A DNA stretch of 64,000 bases from Tubiluchus corallicola (Eukaryota > Animalia > Priapulida). Positions 43,392-57,061 of this stretch are shown here, in pieces (the stretch's first letter is position 1; every line of letters starts with the position of its first letter). A program made the position numbers and the translations under genes. The notes beneath the pieces are model-generated. The model was not told the origin of the DNA. It saw only the letters and a list, made by a program, of their open reading frames with translations, and did not search any database. The stretch covers positions 186,001-250,000 of the forward strand of contig JAQGDQ010000315.1 in NCBI GenBank assembly GCA_030141605.1. The letters run 5' to 3'.

Positions 43392-43806
43392 CTTCTTCTA
43401 TTTTCCAGCACTTCCATTTCCATGACCTCCCTTCCCACATGATCTTCACCGACTCTTCTTTTCAGGTGTCCATACCATCGCAATCTTGCGAGGCTTCCAC
43501 TACTTTTACTGTTCCTCTGATGTTAATATTTCTAATTTTATCTCTTATTGTTATTCCCATCATCCATCTCAACATCCTCATCTCAACCACATCCATTTTC
43601 TTCTCTTCGGTCTTCTTTAGAGAAGCTGCTTCCAGCCCATAGATTAGAGCGGGTCTGACCACTTCTTTGTGGAGACTCATTCATAGAAAGTTTTGGCGCA
43701 GTTTTTACAGGCGGATGCCCTTCCTGACCATAACCCTCCCTATTTATCCGGGCTTGGGACCGGCACTGAGTTGGGCTGGCTTGCCCCCCCCCCCAGTGGC
43801 TAGGTT
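43392..43806 (-). mobile_element. Bipartite non-autonomous RTE (Expander/Rex3-like) element
   Basis: 17-bp TSD ttattgaagaaaatatt (43375-43391 and 43807-43823), short (GAA) tail, RTE peptide VVRPALIYGLE...EMRMLRWMMGITIRDKIRN, and a GC-rich non-coding head. Confidence 0.88.
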
Positions 43807-44001
43807 TTATTGAAGAAAATATTACTGTGTTTTAATGCAGACTTTCATGGGTGTTTTTTCTTATCAAAGTAAACACATATTTAGTACAATGTTACAGTGT
43901 TGGTGGTGTAGAGAACCAACAGTTGCTTTTTAGTCACTTTATAGTCACAATGTCCACTATGGCTATTGCAAAGTTCTCGGCTTGAACACTTGTTCACCAG
44001 G

Positions 44002-44388
44002 CTAAACATAAATTGAACATAAGCTGGTCATTAGAACGTGAACTGAGTTAACTCCAAAGGTTGAGATGTAGTCCGTAGGCCAAGCAGTTATTTCAGAGAA
44101 GGAAGTACTTTTTTCAAGTCCAAAACCAAAATAAACATCAGTGTTGTGAGCTGTAACTGCAATAAGATATGTAGGTGAATCTTTTATTTCTCCCTTGTTT
44201 AAAGAAAAGACCAAGCCTTCTAGGAGGTCAGGCTTATTTCAATGTTTGCGAAAAACGTTAGAAGGATTTAGTAATAGAACGGCAATAAGCGCCTCGTGTA
44301 ATTAGTAAAATCACTAAAGTCGCGATCACTTTGTGCTTGGGTGCTCCCATTTTCAATGCACATTATTCTTCCAATGACGTCATTCGTC
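44002..44388 (-). pseudogene. Possible disrupted first coding exon of the minus-strand gene
   Basis: ccttttcttcag acceptor; ATG at 44350 gives MGAPKHKVIATLVILLITRG (signal or anchor-like). After a frameshift it reads ALIAVLLLNPSNVFRKH-stop-NKPDLLEGLVFSLNKGEIKDSPTYLIAVTAHNTDVYFGFGLEK... An upstream exon candidate lies at 44855-44735 (catag/aag|gtaaga). Confidence 0.3.
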
Positions 44389-45204
44389 CTGAAGAAAAGG
44401 TGCACACTGTCAATCTTCAGCAAAAGTATAATAAGTTTTTACGAAAGAAATCAGTTTGTAATATTCCTGCGTGTACATGAGATAAGCTGCAAAAATTTGA
44501 ATTAGATAAGCAGCGCGCGTTTACGGAAAGCAACGACGCTCTTACGAAAAGTCACGAAGTCTCCCAGTTACGTCATGATTTTCATGTGAATGGCGGCAGC
44601 CACCACGCCTGAAAATGTCTATTAAGCGGTAGTGTATTTTAAACTAATGCTTTGTAGGCAGTTCTGTGCAAAATTCTTTGTTATATTTTTCTAATTTTAT
44701 AATAAACAGAACATACCTAGTGACTTGTTCTTACCTTTAAACAATTCATGAACTGTTTTTTATACTGTCACCATGCATTGATGGGCAAAGGATGTAGTTT
44801 TACAGTGGTGGGTGGGCCTATTGGTGGTGACATTTCTGCAGCCGGGGAATGGCACCTATGTACTAAAAATAGCATAGTAAACAGGAAGGAACAGACACTA
44901 AAGCAAAATTTCAGAAAGAAGAATCCTTTACACTGTTAATAAACTCAGTTCAAACTAACGACTAAAAATGATAAGAATAACTAGTAGAAGTTAATATTTC
45001 TATAAGACCCCTGTTGAAGGGTGAAAATTGAAAGATGAAATTTTTATGTATAATGATATCATATTATTTTGCTTCCTAAAAGATGATAATCAGATTACAT
45101 CATTATACATCAAAAAGTGCGACTAGATAATTGAATTTGACAATTTGTTCTACTCGGAATTAAAAATAATTGTCTGTCGAAAACAAAGCCTTTAGTTGCT
45201 CAGA

Positions 45205-45376
45205 GAAGAGCCCTGCATGTCGCGCACTGCGCATGCGTCGTTAATGCAGCCTGATCGTTGAAGCTGAAGTACAATCTCGCGTAGGCTTCACATACGATTA
45301 GAGACTTAATTTGTACCTCGAGCGCGGATTCATCGAGCATGCAGTAAAGTTTGGCTTCTCTCTTCCTGATTCTCAG
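45205..45376 (+). promoter_or_regulatory. Candidate promoter and non-coding first exon
   Basis: Local CpG enrichment, TGCGCATGCG (NRF1/ewg-type) at 45228-45237, TCTCGCG near 45275, consensus donor CAG|GTGAGT at 45376/45377. Confidence 0.45.
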
Positions 45377-47755
45377 GTGAGTGGCAAACAATCAGTTTGG
45401 CAGTTTGTATAACTCATTAATTTATTGACTTTTTTTGCAAAATAATTTATTGCTTCCTGTGCGAAAATCGTAAAAATGAAAAATGCATAAATTCTCAGAT
45501 TCTGTCATGATTAAGACGTAAATTCAGTCGATTGATGCTCCGTCGCGAGGGTTAACACTTGATACAGACACATACGGGTTAGACTACAGATTTAAAGATA
45601 CTTAAGATTGTGAACGTTAGTTTGTATAAGTGTACAATATGTCGGCACGCAGTTTTGACCAACAGAAAAAAGCAGACTGAGCAAAAGGCAAGTATAATGT
45701 CGGTTTATATAAACTGGAATGGCTTTTTAAATCTTTTCTGAGAAAAATGCACAAAATTTGCCAGTTTTGTATTAAAGCATTTAGATTACTACTAAATACT
45801 AATATTTATATTTAATATTTATTCCCAACTTTTTGCAAATACAAAAATGCAATAATGTTAGTATGTCAAAAAGTTAATAAACACGTAATTCTATGCTTGG
45901 TGGGAATATCTATTTTGCAGTCTGATAATTCTTGTACAATGAATTCATGAATGGTCACGTTACAATTATTGAATGTCAATAAGCTATTACTATACGTGTG
46001 CTCCTATAGTTGTACTAGGATGATTCAATACACCTACGAGCTTGATAGAAATACTTTTAAATGCATAATCTTAAAGCTCTTTGAAGTTTCTTAAGTCTAT
46101 TCTGATTACGCACAATAAAACATGTTTGAAAAAAGCCAGTATTAATTCAAGGTCGTATGAAAAATGTGATACAAGCAATTTTGCGACATATCACCTTTCT
46201 TATTTATTATAAATCATCGGAAAATGGCTCATATGTGTACAATGCCATTTCCACACACTCGATTTTTCGATAGCACAATAATAAATTGATGAGATACAAG
46301 TTAACTTGTAGACCATTCTCTACAAAACTTCTCAAAAAAGTAATTCTAATCTGCTGTGTTACCTACAACTTGCAGCTAAATGACAGAAAGAGTTGCTATG
46401 TTATTGTGAAGTTAATTATTTCTTATTATTTAGTTAATACGTATAGATAAGGCAGCAAAAAACAAAAAAAAACAATTAGTGTGCGTCATGTTACGGCCAT
46501 ATACTTTTAGTTTTACTGAGGAATAAGAATTCGCAGGCTACCTAAGTGCTTAACTTGTACGTAAACTGTCAAGTTTGACTGACCTCACAATATTGGCTGC
46601 TGAATATTCCTTGCAACAGATATCTTCCTTTAGTAAATTTCACTTTCCTCATTAAGTAATTACGTAGGGTTACACTGAAAATTGCCACATTTAAAATGCG
46701 GTATTAGCGTTCTGTAGTACTGAACATCTTCATTTGGCATTCACGTTTAGTAATTTCGCTGCTACTAATTTGGTGGTTTAAGCTTACGGCTCCGTTAATT
46801 AAAACTATTACAGCAAATTGAAAGAAATAAACTGCATTGCTTAGTGGTAAAATGCACACTGATGAAATGAACAAAACTGGCGTAGTCGCATGATGCAGTA
46901 CTGCCCATTAATGAGTTATAAGAAACTGGAATAACTGACGTTTTCTGTAAGTAATTAGCATTCCGCTGTGTTAGCAACAACCTATTCGAAAAAATGTGGA
47001 CGTCAGCACAGTCGTCGACTGTCGCCCTGGTTAGAGAGATTTACCAAGCAGAAATTTCAGTCTGCTACAAAAAATATGAGCTGGCAAAGTTACAAGATTA
47101 GTTAAACTTCGTAGCTTAGTGCATATTCAATATAAGCAAGGAAGGCATTGCTTACTCAGTGATTCTAAAGGCTTGGCCTAAAGAAAAATATGTTAAAAAC
47201 AATGAAAGCCTAACAGAGCTTCTTAGTTCCTTTTATTTATAATAACTAAGCGATTTCTGAACTGCAAGGTGGCAGTTCTGGGAATGATAATCTAGGGATA
47301 AATGAAACCAGTTATCCAGTAATCCACTCCAACATTATATTAATTTAGACTTTTATTTATCAGTTTACTTTGTTCACTAAAGCCCGAGCTTTAGAAACCT
47401 ATTAAAGACGCATGCAAGTTTTCAACCAAATAAATCCTGTGAATTGATTGCTGGCTTACCACGAATGAGTCTTTACTCCATTATGTGGACTTTGTGGAGC
47501 TGCTATTGCAAGGCTAAAGAGATTTCAGATCAGAGGTAATGTTAAAAATGACAAGAAACATGTAAGCCATGTGAACAGTCTGTATTAATAGATGTACGAT
47601 CTGTTAACTGTGTGAAGGAAAAAGGTGTGAAAAAATTAAAACTTAGTAAAAAGTTGTGAAGCCAAATCTAAAGTCGTGTTGATACGTGTGGTTGAGTATC
47701 GTTTACCTTGAATGTGGATAATATTTAAATTTATGATTAATTCTGTTGATTACAG

Positions 47756-47816
47756 GTAGCTAAGAACAGATTGTTTTTGACAAGAAATGTCCTCTAAACT
47801 AGCCTCTACAGATCAA
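47756..47816 (+). other. Candidate second exon with ATG (MSSKLASTDQ)
   Basis: attacag acceptor, gaaATGt at 47787, caa|gtgaga donor. No homology recognised. Confidence 0.25.
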
Positions 47817-48369
47817 GTGAGAAACAACTAAAGAAAAGCCTGGTTTAATCTCTTTTCATGAACGGTTTATTTTTTTCGCCTATTTAGCCTATTTAGCATT
47901 TTTCACCAATTTTTTTCACATAATTTGTAATTTTGAAATTGAGATTTGAAGGCGCACACAGGATTGAGCTGATAATGGTCGGATAGTACATTTGATATCG
48001 GGTGTAGTTGACTTATTTAGATTTCTTGGGAGGCCAGTTTTGAATGCGCCTCAACTATGGCGAATTTCAAGTTCTACTTCTGTAGGTTTTAGTTGGCAAA
48101 ACTATTGAATCTTGTAGACGAGAGCTAGACAAACAGCGCCTTAGAAGAACTTTGTTAACAGGAAGCATCCCAAATGCTGATTAAGCGCAATAAAGAAAAA
48201 CCTTGTAAATGTGTGCAAATTGAAATCAAATGTCATCTACTTTGGAAGGTCTTCTGAGTTTTTTCCTACTCCACTCTTCTTCACAAAAAATGTTACTTTG
48301 CATTTTACTAAAATTCTAGCAAAGTATTTTGCGCATAATTGGAATGGAGCTTAGGTTCTTACTGGTCAT

Positions 48370-48660
48370 TAATAGGCATTGTTTGCGCAGCTCACATTTA
48401 CAGGGTTCTTTCATGCTCACTTTGCAGGCGTTGTCTGTGAGACTCACACTTATGAGGTTCTTTTTAGGTCGGCTTACAGCATTATCTGTGCAGCCCACAT
48501 TTACAAGGTTCTTTCTAAATCAATTATCAGCGTTGTCTGTACTGCTCACATTTACAAGGTTCTTTCAACGCCACCAGGCGTTGTCTGTGGAGGTCACATT
48601 TACAAAGATCTAGATCACTTGACTGGCATTTTCTGCATGGCTCATGTCTACAACGTTATT
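48370..48660. repeat. Diverged 48-52 bp tandem repeat, about 6 units
   Basis: Recurring ctcacatttacaaggttcttt...gcgttgtctgtg. Confidence 0.75.
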
Positions 48661-48974
48661 TATGGGACATTTCAATGATATGCAGTAGCTGATAATGTTT
48701 GCTTAAAATGTTTTCTATACAACATGATTTTGGCTTGTCTAAATAGATCTAATGCTGCAAGTAAAACATTAAAGTGAGTTACAATGTATATAAAAAAATC
48801 AATAATTTACTATGGTAAATGGTTATTCACGTGTTAGTAGGCGCTATTGAACATAAATTATATAGAAATGTGACAAATAACACTATAATTATAAAATAGT
48901 GTTATAAACAAGATCCTAACATTTTGCAAACCCAAGCAGTCTACCTACCCTTTTTCAAATCTTATTTACCTTTT

Positions 48975-49198
<224 letters not shown>

Positions 49199-49202
<4 letters not shown>

Positions 49203-50380
49203 AATTGGCATCAGCTATTTCCATGAACGGCATTCTTTTTGCATTATCTATTTTATTACATCTGAATAAAATGTGCTGAGGAGTTTGCTCTTCTTCTCCA
49301 CATGGACATAAACTAGTATCACACATATTAAGTCTATACAAAAAGCTGTTAAAATTCCCCTGACCAGTTAAAAAGGACATGGCAATGGATTCTATTTTCC
49401 TTTCATTATTTCCAAGCGGCAAATTTAAGGGTGTACATTTTATATTCTGTATTTCAACATTATCTCCTCGAAATTGCATAACATGCCTATATTTAGTTGC
49501 CCAGGTATAAGAAACATAATCTGTAATTTGACGTTTGGTATAAATTAACATATTTTCAGGAATTTGTTCAAGATCTGTATTACGAAAGTTTTCATTCCAG
49601 ACAAATTTTAAAAAGTTTCTCACAGTCTGCACATTTGTATACATAATATTTTTATAAATATGTCTTCCTGTCAGACGTGTACTACCATACCGCAGAATCT
49701 GTTGTTTTACTAAATCATTAGCGCTCTGACATAATGTCTTAAGACATGATTTAACCACAATTACATTTAGTTCAATGTCTAACGGTGGAAGACCACAAAG
49801 TAATTCCAATTTAGTACGATCTGGTTTAAAAGCCAACCCCGCAGAAACTTTCATTATATCATAGGTTATATCTTCAAATACAGTAAGTTTTTTACCTAAC
49901 CATACAATAGCACCATACAGTATAATCGGCAAAATAGTAGTTTTATAAATATTTACAATGGTAGCAAGTCGCAAACCTGCATATTTACTGCAATTGTTTT
50001 TTACTTTCAACCATCTATACCATACCTTTTTATGAACATTGCCCGCGTGTTTAACAAATGTTAATTTCCGATCAACAGTTAGGCCTAATATTTTGCTGTC
50101 TTCAACAAACAATATTTCATTGTTACTAATTTTTAAATTGTCTGGCTTGTTATTTTCATCCCATGCCCCTACTAGCAATGCTTCTGTCTTACCAGGTAAC
50201 GTATTTATCTTTAAACGCCATTTCTGGCACCATTTGTGAAGCACATCACAACAGCTTTGTGCAATTGTAACACAAGTTTGCGGGTCTGTATTTGACACAT
50301 GCAAAGATCCATCATCAACATACTTGTACTTTTTAACAGAGTCATGCATATTATAAAACATATCTGCAATGAAAAATATA
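49199..50380 (-). mobile_element. LINE ORF2 segment (RT C-terminal half to CCHC knuckle): inverted 5' part of the insertion
   Basis: IFFIADMF...KYVDD (RT catalytic motif), W...W.L.IN..KT, K.LGL.VDRKL.F..H, ILPIILYGA.VW, and GQGNFNSFLYR...CPCG...T..HILFRC (R1/I-group-like CCHC). About 390 uninterrupted codons; no RNase H motif seen. Confidence 0.93.
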
Positions 50381-50447
50381 GCAGATATGTTTTATAATAT
50401 GCATGACTCTGTTAAAAAGTACAAGTATGTTGATGATGGATCTTTGC

Positions 50448-50804
50448 TTTATGCCCACGTAATATTATGCTTCAATCTGATAAAAATTTAATAATGGCTT
50501 TCACTAACCTGATCAGGGACAATTTTATACTAAGTAACTGTTAATTTAGGCCCGCTCCAGTATAAAAAAAAAAATAAATTATGTAGTTGTGTAAAGTTAA
50601 TTTGTTTGTATAATACTTGTGATTCGTTTGAAATTATATCTAATTTAAGTATAAAATGTTATTCGTTGTACATAGTGTGAAACTGGATTTAAAAGATTTG
50701 TTATGTGAAAATGTAATTTGTTGATCTGAGCCTGCAAAAAGAGGCACCTTTGTGTATATATATTCATTTCTTTAATAAAGATTTATTATTATTATTATTA
50801 TAAA

Positions 50805-50808
<4 letters not shown>
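50448..50808 (+). mobile_element. Non-inverted 3' end of the same LINE (ORF2 tail, 3' UTR, (TTA)n tail)
   Basis: LCPRNIMLQSDKNLIMAFTNLIRDNFILSNC-TAA (50449-50544), AATAAA at 50774, (tta)n at 50782-50801, then (TC)n resumes. Confidence 0.7.
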
Positions 50809-51240
<432 letters not shown>

Positions 51241-51484
51241 TTTTCGCTTTATTTCTTTTTTCTTTTCGCTGTTTCATTTTTCTCTTCTACTTTCCTTCGT
51301 TTCTCTCTTTCTTTTATCCTCCCCCTACGTTCGTGCGTTCCTTCACTGCTTTCTTTTTGTAGCTATGCTGTGTTTTATCAAACCATACTAGACTGTACCA
51401 AAGCTGCCATCTCTTGACTAATAGAGTAAAGCGAAATGGCGGCAGATGTTACTTTATTAATATTCTAAACGGTTTTCCTTAATA

Positions 51485-51861
51485 AGCCTTTTCACAGTTC
51501 CAGCGATTGATACTGATCGTTTAAAGGTCAAAAGTTAAGTGTCAAATCAGACAACTCATTTCTGTACACTTGACAACGCCTCGCAGCGCATGCTATTGTA
51601 ACAGTAACAGTTTTGTCAACTAGCTAGAACCTTACTTAGTTCATTTTTTCTTGTTCTCAAACAAGATCCTGCTAGTAAATCACTCAATGCACAGACTAAT
51701 GCATAATCAAGTTCAAACAACTGAAGTTACTGAACTGATGCACCAGAGAGCTTTGCTTTACACACATGTTACGTGACGACTGTTGTTAAGGCGCGTTGCT
51801 ATGGTACACTTAACCTTTACTGCAGCAATTGCGCATGCGCACAACGAAACTGTGAAAGGCT
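51485..51861. mobile_element. MITE family A, full-length copy
   Basis: aaTA|agccttttcacagtt...aactgtgaaaggct|TAtt, plus an internal inverted repeat aaggtcaaaagttaagtg/cacttaaccttt. Confidence 0.88.
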
Positions 51862-53889
51862 TATTACCCCGCGTGCCAAGCTGAAATTTATAAGGCATCA
51901 AAATATGAAGAAAGTTCTTGATTAGTCGAAGTCAGTCAATATGAGTTCCTAAAACCTTGTCTGCAGGATTCTATAATGTATGTGGAAGTCGCACAAATTC
52001 GTTTCTTCGTCAAATCTACTTTGATGTAACAGGTAAAAGCATTTAATGTGTGAAGCCACCCATGAGAGAGAGAGAGAGAGAGATAGTAACTAAAGCATGC
52101 AGTTCCCGGGGTAATAACTTCCAAATCCTTGTCAATGCACGTTTTGTAGTCTTTCAGAGCTTCTGTGCCACTTAATGATATTTTTTGTGAAGGACACAGC
52201 TGGGTACAGTACAGCACATTTGAAAGTGCTTAAAGGAAAGACCAACCCTCGAACTACATTCCTTGCATTTTAATATACACTTAAAAATATTGAAATTACC
52301 ACGTAATATACGCGTATAAAATGCGTTGCTAAAAATGCAAGAGAAGTTTAAATTATTCTTATCTCCTGCCAAACGAACCTAGCTGAAACAATGACGTAAC
52401 CTGGTGGACAGCAGGAAGACACGCGTAACAAAGCTTCTGCAGTTCACTAAGAAATTTCGCTATTTTAGCTGATTAAGTCTTTGTATTTAACTATGTTTAT
52501 GTAAAAATTAGTCGCCGGATTAACTAGCAACAACTTCAATGTGCTTACATAGCTTTAATCCATAAGATTATACCTCAAAGTGCATAAGTTACTGAAAAGC
52601 ATGGAATTCTGTGAGGTTACGAGTACACAGAATGTGCTGGGGCAATTTACCGAGCTTTTACTTGTATAGTTCAGTTTTACTTTGTTAAAATGTTACTTTG
52701 TCGGTGTTAACTAACCGAGTTGGAGGTGTTTATATTATCATCGGTAACTGGTTTCATTATACAGTGAACAACAAGATTCATCAAAAAGCAAAAAATGGTG
52801 TTAATAATCTCTCGTTTAACTGTTTAACTGTCTGTTGTTCATAATAGTAACTGCTATTGCAGAAAAGTCTGGCCAAGCACCTGGTGAGATAAATGTGCAT
52901 GTATAACGGTAACCCGATGACAGCATTTTCGTTCAATATGAGCGCGCCCAAGAGTGAAATGATCGCCATTTTAAATTGATCTCGCTCGTTACAAGCTTAT
53001 CACAATTATATTGCTGAAACTTTCAAACATTTTTCTCTAATAATAAGGCATACTCAGCTTCCCGAGAGCCTAGGCTTTTCCTCTAATACGTTTCTGGCTG
53101 TTTAGCGTTTTAATTGTCCATAGTTACTAATTAAGTAGATTTTACTCCGACTGTTAACATTACACGACGTCTCCCAGCTGGGTGTTGAATACAGACTGCC
53201 GAACTGCCGTTGTTTTGGATCTTGTCTCATTTGTAAATATTAGTAAGGTAACTGCAGTTTTATTCAACAGGATAACAGTTTTAGGATGACAATTTCTTTA
53301 TCTCATTGCAGATGCTATTTGATTACACACTGTTCATTATAATTGCATTGAGACGGATTGGCGAAAGACCTTAACGGTCACCTAACAGCCACCCCTATTT
53401 ATAAAACATTACTTTTGTATTTAGGTAGTTAACTTAGTAGTAATATTAGCAGCATGTGAGAGAATTGCGAGAGAAGGCGAATCTGGGCGACTAAACACCG
53501 CCTCTCTTTCAGTAACCTAGCAGTTTCGTTTAGCGATTTTTAATTTTCCTTTTGTGCTCTGTGTGTACATTTGTGCATGAATCAAAGTAAAACCCACATA
53601 AATCAACTCTGTAATGCCAGGCTATAATCAGCTAACGAGAAACAGTAAAATTTCCTATAGTAAATATATCCTTTATAAACACCGAGAGTATTGTTAGAAA
53701 ACTGCATTTAGATAGGGACGGTTGTAGGTAGTTTGTTGCCCTAGGTAAATGTATTTTAGCGCCCCTCCTGAACAGTCAGGTTCGGTTCCCACCCACTCCA
53801 AATTTAAATTCTTTTTCTATATAATAAAGTGTAATGTCAACCGAATTTGAAACAATTTATGACCCCATTTATTACACCTGTATCTGTAA

Positions 53890-56783
53890 ATCCCCTATAC
53901 GCATGTACCTGTATATCCTCTATACACATGTACCTGTATATCCGCTATACACATGTACCTGTATGTCCTCTATACACATGTACCTGTATATCCGCTATAC
54001 ACATGTACCTGCATATCCCCTATACACATGTACCTATATATCCCCTATACGCATGTACCTGCATATCCTCTATACACATGTACCTGTATATCCTCTATAC
54101 ACATGTACCTGCATATCCTCTATACACATGTACCTGTATATCCGCTATACACATGTACCTGTATATCCTCTATACGCATGTACCTGTATATCCTCTATAC
54201 ACATGTACCTGTATATCCTCTATACACATGTACCTGTATATCCTCTATACACATGTACCTGCATATCCTCTATACGCATGTACCTGCATATCCTCTATAC
54301 ACATGTACCTGTATATCCTCTATACACATGTACCTGTATATCCTCTATACACATGTACCTGTATATCCTCTATACACATGTACCTGCAATCCCTATACCA
54401 TTACCTGATATCCTCTATACACATTACCTGTATATCCTCTATACACATGTACCTGCATATCCTCTATACACATGTACCTGTATATCCCCTATACACATGT
54501 ACCTGCATATCCTCTATACACATGTACCTGTATATCCCCTATACACATGTACCTGCATATCCCCTATACGCATGTACCTGCATATCCTCTATACACATGT
54601 ACCTGTATATCCTCTATACGCATGTACCTGCATATCCTCTATACACATGTACCTGTATATCCTCTATACACATGTACCTGTATATCCTCTATACACATGT
54701 ACCTGTATATCCTCTATACACATGTACCTGTATATCCTCTATACACATGTACCTGTATATCCTCTATACACATGTACCTGCATATCCTCTATACACATGT
54801 ACCTGTATATCCTCTATACACATGTACCTGTATATCCTCTATACACATGTACCTGCATATCCTCTATACACATGTACCTGTATATCCCCTATACACATGT
54901 ACCTGCATATCCTCTATACACATTTACCTGTATATCCTCTATACACATGTACCTGCATATCCTCTATACACATGTACCTGTATATCCCAACACAACTCTT
55001 ATCCCTATACACATGTACCTGCATATCCTCTATACACATGTACCTGCATATCCTCTATACGCATGTACCTGTATATCCTCTATACACATGTACCTGTATA
55101 TCCTCTATACACATGTACCTGTATATCCCCTATACACATGTACCTGTATATCCTCTATACACATGTACCTGTATATCCTCTATACACATGTACCTGTATA
55201 TCCTCTATACACATGTACCTGTATATCCTCTATACACATGTACCTGTATATCCTCTATACACATGTACCTGTATATCCTCTATACACATGTACCTGTATA
55301 TCCTCTATACACATGTACCTGTATATCCTCTATACACATGTACCTGTATATCCCAATTACCTGTATATCCTATACACATGTACTGTATATCCTCTATACA
55401 CATGTACCTGTATATCTTCTATACACATGTACCTGTATATCCTCTATACACATGTACCTGTATATCCTCTATACACATGTACCTGTATATCTTCTATACA
55501 CATGTACCTGTATATCCTCTATACACATGTACCTGTATATCCTCTATACACATGTACCTGTATATCCTCTATACACATGTACCTGTATATCCTCTATACA
55601 CATGTACCTGTATATCCCCTATACACATGTACCTGTATATCCTCTATACACATGTACCTGTATATCCTCTATACACATGTACCTGCATATCCTCTATACA
55701 CATGTACCTGTATATCCCCTATACACATGTACCTGTATATCCTCTATACACATGTACCTGTATATCCTCTATACACATGTACCTGTATATCCTCTATACA
55801 CATGTACCTGTATATCCTCTATACACATGTACCTGTATATCCTCTATACACATGTACCTGTATATCCTCTATACACATGTACCTGTATATCCTCTATACA
55901 CATGTACCTGTATATCCTCTATACACATGTACCTGTATATCCTCTATACACATGTACCTGTATATCCTCTATACACATGTACCTGTATATCCTCTATACA
56001 CATGTACCTGTATATCCTCTATACACATGTACCTGTATATCCTCTATACACATGTACCTGTATATCCTCTATACACATGTACCTGTATATCCTCTATACA
56101 CATGTACCTGTATATCCTCTATACACATGTACCTGTATATCCTCTATACACATGTACCTGTATATCCTCTATACACATGTACCTGTATATCCTCTATACA
56201 CATGTACCTGTATATCCTCTATACACATGTACCTGTATATCCTCTATACACATGTACCTGTATATCCTCTATACACATGTACCTGTATATCCTCTATACA
56301 CATGTACCTGTATATCCTCTATACACATTTACCTGTATATCCTCTATACACATGTACCTGTATATCCTCTATACACATGTACCTGTATATCCTCTATACA
56401 CATGTACCTGTATATCCTCTATACACATGTACCTGCATATCCTCTATACACATGTACCTGTATATCCTCTATACACATGTACCTGTATATCCTCTATACA
56501 CATTACTGTATATCCTCTATACACATGTACCTGTATATCCTCTATACACATGTACCTGTATATCCTCTATACACATGTACCTGCATATCTTCTATACACA
56601 TGTACCTGTATATCCTCTATACACATGTACCTGCATATCCTCTATACACATGTACCTGTATATCCTCTATACACATGTACCTGTATATCCTCTATACACA
56701 TGTACCTGTATATCCTCTATACACATGTACCTATATATCCCCTATACACATGTACCTGCATATCCTCTATACACACTTACCTG
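53890..56783. repeat. 25-bp satellite, at least 115 copies, running into the gap
   Basis: Unit tacctgtatatcctctatacacatg. It has no + strand stops, which explains the spurious ORFs of about 1000 aa. Confidence 0.98.
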
Positions 56784-57061
56784 NNNNNNNNNNNNNNNNN
56801 NNNNNNNNNNNNNNNNNNNNNNNNNNNNNNNNNNNNNNNNNNNNNNNNNNNNNNNNNNNNNNNNNNNNNNNNNNNNNNNNNNNNNNNNNNNNNNNNNNNN
56901 NNNNNNNNNNNNNNNNNNNNNNNNNNNNNNNNNNNNNNNNNNNNNNNNNNNNNNNNNNNNNNNNNNNNNNNNNNNNNNNNNNNNNNNNNNNNNNNNNNNN
57001 NNNNNNNNNNNNNNNNNNNNNNNNNNNNNNNNNNNNNNNNNNNNNNNNNNNNNNNNNNNNN
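56784..57061. other. Assembly gap
   Basis: Run of N. Confidence 1.
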
